Below, one piece after another: positions 59,746-64,000 of a stretch of 64,000 nucleotides of DNA. The first letter of the stretch is position 1. Every line of letters starts with the position of its first letter. The position numbers and the translations under genes were made by a program. Under the pieces are notes generated by a model, which searched no databases, was not told the DNA's origin, and saw nothing but the letters and a program-made list of their open reading frames with translations. Source of the stretch: Takakia lepidozioides (lineage: Eukaryota > Plantae > Bryophyta); contig CM060732.1 of assembly GCA_030704615.1 (NCBI GenBank), positions 36,270,001 to 36,334,000 of the forward strand. The letters are read 5' to 3'.

Positions 59746-61569
59746 GGAGTACGTAGCAGCTGGACGTGGTAAACGTTACTGGCTGTGACAACTGCTAGTA
59801 GGGATCTGCCTTGGCGAAGTCGGCTTTCACTCGAAGGCCTGCCAGCCGAGATGACACAGTACCAACATTCATGTCATCATCACCCTTCCTTACCCTGTTT
59901 TAACTGGTTCTGTAAATGACATGGTTCTAACACATATGACCCACTCATTACTTGGAGGAAAGAAGCAGAATAAAGAAAACCTTCCTTATCTCACATTTGC
60001 GATGAAAATGAAATCAGTAGGCCTCCAGCAAGTCAACGATAGAGTGCAAACAACATGACTGGTCACGATAGATGGAAAACTATACTAGTGCATTTGCAGG
60101 AAGACTGGATGGCCCTACACACCCCGGCAAGCACCAAAAATGGTGGGTGACAGCGAGCTATCCACTACTCCCTCAAGCACCATAAGTACTCGTCATCCTA
60201 AGAAGGATAGAGCATCTTATGGAGGGATCATGTTTTGTGGAGGTGGACAAGTCTTCACAGCCACTTGCAAAGACCGGACGCTAGTGCTGAGCAAATTACA
60301 AACCCTATGCACCCACATGGAATTCCAATTGCCTGGCCAGGGAGGGCTTTGTAGCAGAACTTCCAATATAGAAAAAAACAATCCATGAAGCTCGTGATTC
60401 TGCAGTTTGAATGCAGTCTGACCACTTGATTAACAGTACAAGTAGGATGTGCTGATGACCAGGCACAGTTTCTGAGAAAACCACAGTCTTGCTGATTGCA
60501 AGGCGGGTAGTAACAGGGGCTCAAAAGAAGTCAACAAAACAGAAATGATCTGCCACTTTATGGCCTATCAAGAGAATAAGAGCAACCACCGCATACGAAA
60601 GAACACGAGGCAGTACCATTTCGTATTTATCAGCCAGATTGTAGACAGTCATGTGCTTCCAAGCAGACCCAAATAGGTGCTCATCACCAAAGGAAAAGGT
60701 AAAGGGCCCAGGAGAGGAGGACCGCACTAAAGAGGAGGCATCGCACCCCTGATCGCACCACATCTGTTACCACTCAATTCCACCACACCGGCTGTCCCTG
60801 TTACTCGTCTCTCCCAGGAACATGAGTCAACCTACACCACCACCAAGACCCTCCTCTCTCCCCCTCCTTCACAGGCCTGTCTGCAATGCTGGTTACATGC
60901 ACTCCATAAACACATTTGAGTGACAATGCAATCAGCACCTCTCCCTCCCTCTCTGTTGATTTATGGCCACAATGGGAAGCCATATGTAATGAGTACATCA
61001 TCTGAATCCCTCTTGCCTCACTAAAATGCAGCTGTCAGAGCAGTCACCACCACCATGTGTCACATCTGACAGGGATCAGGTATAACAACAATGGAGGAAA
61101 TAACAGTATGCTACGTGTAGATGTCGATGCCAGCTGAATCAAAAACATTCCCTGTAACCTAAGTATCATCGACTTGCACAATTCAGGCCGAGGTTTCAGC
61201 ATAGCAGGGATTGTTCCATGTGTCCCCTACACTCTTCATGCCTTTGTGCCAAAATAGCAATGGGATAGGTGGAAGCGCTGCACCCACTTAAGACTGCCTG
61301 TTTCCCTCAAACAGTGTGCCCTCCCCAAAAGTAGGTTCGGCTATAACACAGCCATATATATCGAAAAAATCATGTCATGCATACAATCCACACTCAAACC
61401 CACAGGTGCCTAACTGTATGGCAACCTCAGGCCAAGTCTCATATCTCTGTGAGGTGAAATACTAAAAGCAGACAAGGAAGTTCAAACTCCCATTGAGGAA
61501 CACGCCCTGAAGACACAGAGAAAGGTCATACAAACACTAATCGAGAAGATCCCATCAGACTCTGGTGTT

Positions 61570-61985
61570 GCATCACTATTTACATCAATTGGGTGCAAGA
61601 CACACTCTACTGCTGGAATACCTGCACCATCTGACTAAACTTCATTTTGAATTCAGCAGATTTGTAGTGTCAGAACTGAAAAGAGACTTTAAGAAAGCTC
61701 GTTCCACTACTTTTAAAGAGCACATGAGACTCAACAAATTAGTGTCGACCATTTGACCACATCACATCATTTGGTCTTCTGTAATGTTACAGTGCAAATT
61801 TGTGCAGTGAGTGTGAGTTGAAAAGGCCATGAGCAAAAACCTGTGGAGGTCATGGTCCGTGTTCCAAATGAGCACATTTGCGTTGTTCTGCAATACAAGT
61901 GTTTTCACACATTTGGTGTGTCTCCTCAGAGTCTCCAGCATGCCCCAACTGGACAGCGCTCTTAGAAGTGGAATGCATTTATATG
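61570..61985. repeat. ~430-bp dispersed duplicate, copy 2
   Basis: Collinear with 59300-59745. Confidence 0.85.
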
Positions 61986-62214
61986 GCAACCTCAGGTGTC
62001 GGCGAGGGGAGTAGCGACGGGCGCAGCGCTGCGCTGGTCATACCAACAGCGTTCAGGTCTATGTTGAAAGAAGAATCGATTAGTTTTCTAGCTTCCACCT
62101 TCAAAGACCCTAAACTGCAGTGTTCATGAAACCATGAAAGAGTCAGTCATGTAGTTGTTTCACCTTCCAGCTTTCATAGAGTAAAATGCAGCAATACATC
62201 TGGAGGATGCACAG

Positions 62215-62575
62215 ACGGGGTCAGAGAAGCAGTCACCCCATGCGTTTTTCCAGGCCAAAGATTCGATGAGTATGTGTGTCTGTGTTCGTCTCTCAGATAA
62301 TCAGTCGTTCTCTGCCATCCCATACGGTTTGCTAGGCCCAGGATCGATGAGTATATGTGATTGAATGCAAAAAAAAGAGAATCAGTCGTGGGGTCAGAGA
62401 ACCAGCCACCCCAGACGGTTTGCTTGGTCCAGGATCGATGAGTATATGTGATTGAATGCAAAAAAAAGAGAATCAGTCGTGGGGTCAGAGAACCAGCCAC
62501 CCCAGACGGTTTGCTTGGCCCAGGATCGACGAGTATATGTGGTTGAATTCAACTATGAAAATCAATCGTGGGGGG
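62215..62575. repeat. ~90-bp tandem repeat, about 4 copies (2 near-identical)
   Basis: CAGGATCGATGAGTATATGTGATTGAATGCAAAAAAAAGAGAATCAGTCGTGGGGTCAGAGAACCAGCCACCCCAGACGGTTTGCTTGG. Confidence 0.88.
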
Positions 62576-64000
62576 CTGGCGAGCTCACATGCGCCAGCAT
62601 GGGGAAACCTACCCTCACGACACACCCCCACCTGACCTTTTTATTTATTATCCTGATGGGAAATTCAACTTCAACCAGTATTATTGACATCAACGCAAGT
62701 GTTCTTGTTGAATTCCGACGTTTACTGTCAATTCTGGATTGTTGATGCAGGTCAGGAGAGCGTCCAATTTGGATGAGCAGTTCGGAGTTTTGGACAAACT
62801 GTGCCAAGTGCAAACGATCTGATTGCATGTTGAGTGTACATGGTTCCAAATTATTCTCCTCAAAACCGACCTGACTCCGATCTCAATTAATTCTGCACCA
62901 TCGTTAAGAGATGCTTCTCTGATAAGAGAAAAAAACCAGACTTCAAGACACTCTTCACATTCCAAAACACAATCTAGCAGAAGCTCCCCCGCTACTAGAA
63001 GGAATCTAGAGGAACTAACTGTTAGAAAATTTCAACCCCAGGAGGAGAGGCGGGTCGCGTCCGGCACATGACACAGCCTGAGAATCAATTCCCAACTTAT
63101 TCTCTTATTCCTCGGATTCGATTGCATCCATGGCTACCATTACTTAGACTTCAAACCTGCATGTGCTACAGAAACCCTAACGTCTCACCACTTGAAGATG
63201 AGGTCTGTGCAGTGTTTTCCCAGGATGTATACTCTCGAGGCAGAGTAGATCAGTCTGAATCAGCTTGATTCCATAAAGGCCTTACCCATGGAAAACACCC
63301 AACTGGTCCACTAACCCCACAATGTGTGCACAAATGGAATGGCTTTCAGCTGGCTAGTGGACATTTCCTTGGCCATAGCAAGCTCTGATGCTGTTTTCAT
63401 TACAAAAACGCCTTCAAAGTTCAGATTGACAGTCAAATTCTGCATCAACAACAGAGGGGTTAAATTTTCATCAGCTACAATACAAATTATACAGGTTTTG
63501 TTTCAGTGTTGACAACCAGAATTTCAAGAGGAATAGTGGTCATACAAGGGATGTTGAGAACTATGGGCTTAGAAGAAAATCCATGATCCGTAAGATTTCA
63601 ACCACTTCTTCATGGACCAGCTCCATACCATACTGTGTGAAAATCTACTGGGTACCACAAGACTATATGTTATGCTGGACACTGATAACCTCTCTTTTCT
63701 TGAAGATGTTGGTGAAGCTGTCAATTGTGATGCAGTTACTATCGCTCTTAAATTTCACACTCCAAAGCCAATCGACCTTCTGACTAACAATTGCCCAACA
63801 ATTGACAGAGTTGACTCACCTGGATTTTGGACTAGGTAGAACTGTCGTCGTCGAGCTACTATTCTGTCATTACGGGCGATAACGATGAGCAAGTACAAGG
63901 GGAAAAGGAATCATACAAAAGGGCGCATAAGAGGCTCGGCTTCTCGGTGTTGCAATACCAACAAGGAGCTGTCTCTCTCTGCCTTGGGCTGTTTGCCTTC

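Overview
Eukaryotic land-plant DNA with spliceosomal introns and a PLS-class PPR gene; the gene styles suggest a seed-free plant, but the species cannot be fixed from sequence alone. Bases 1-30 kb are gene-rich: a PIP/NmrA-type reductase with a premature stop, an F-box gene, a PLS-PPR gene, an intron-containing bacterial-type beta-lactamase-like serine hydrolase, an hnRNP-like RRM gene, a Copia remnant, a DUF2062-like gene and FIS1. Bases 30271-56222 are a ~26 kb nested transposon complex. The outer element is Mutator-like (9-bp TSD, ~15 kb on its own). It carries a MULE/SWIM transposase, a cargo gene that reads as a ParB/Srx-like domain plus a possible amino-methyltransferase-like domain once an internal inversion is undone, two paralogous orphan genes, and ~50 copies of a 22-bp palindrome spaced at near-integral helical turns. 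The inner element (43826-54839) is a Ty3/Gypsy retrotransposon. Its pol has a C5 cytosine methyltransferase between protease and RT and a PHD finger after integrase. Its terminal repeats are circularly permuted, as if a 2-LTR circle had been opened at a palindrome in the middle of one LTR. The last 8 kb hold a repeat-protein ORF, a LINE tail and decayed duplications. All calls were made by eye, without database searches.
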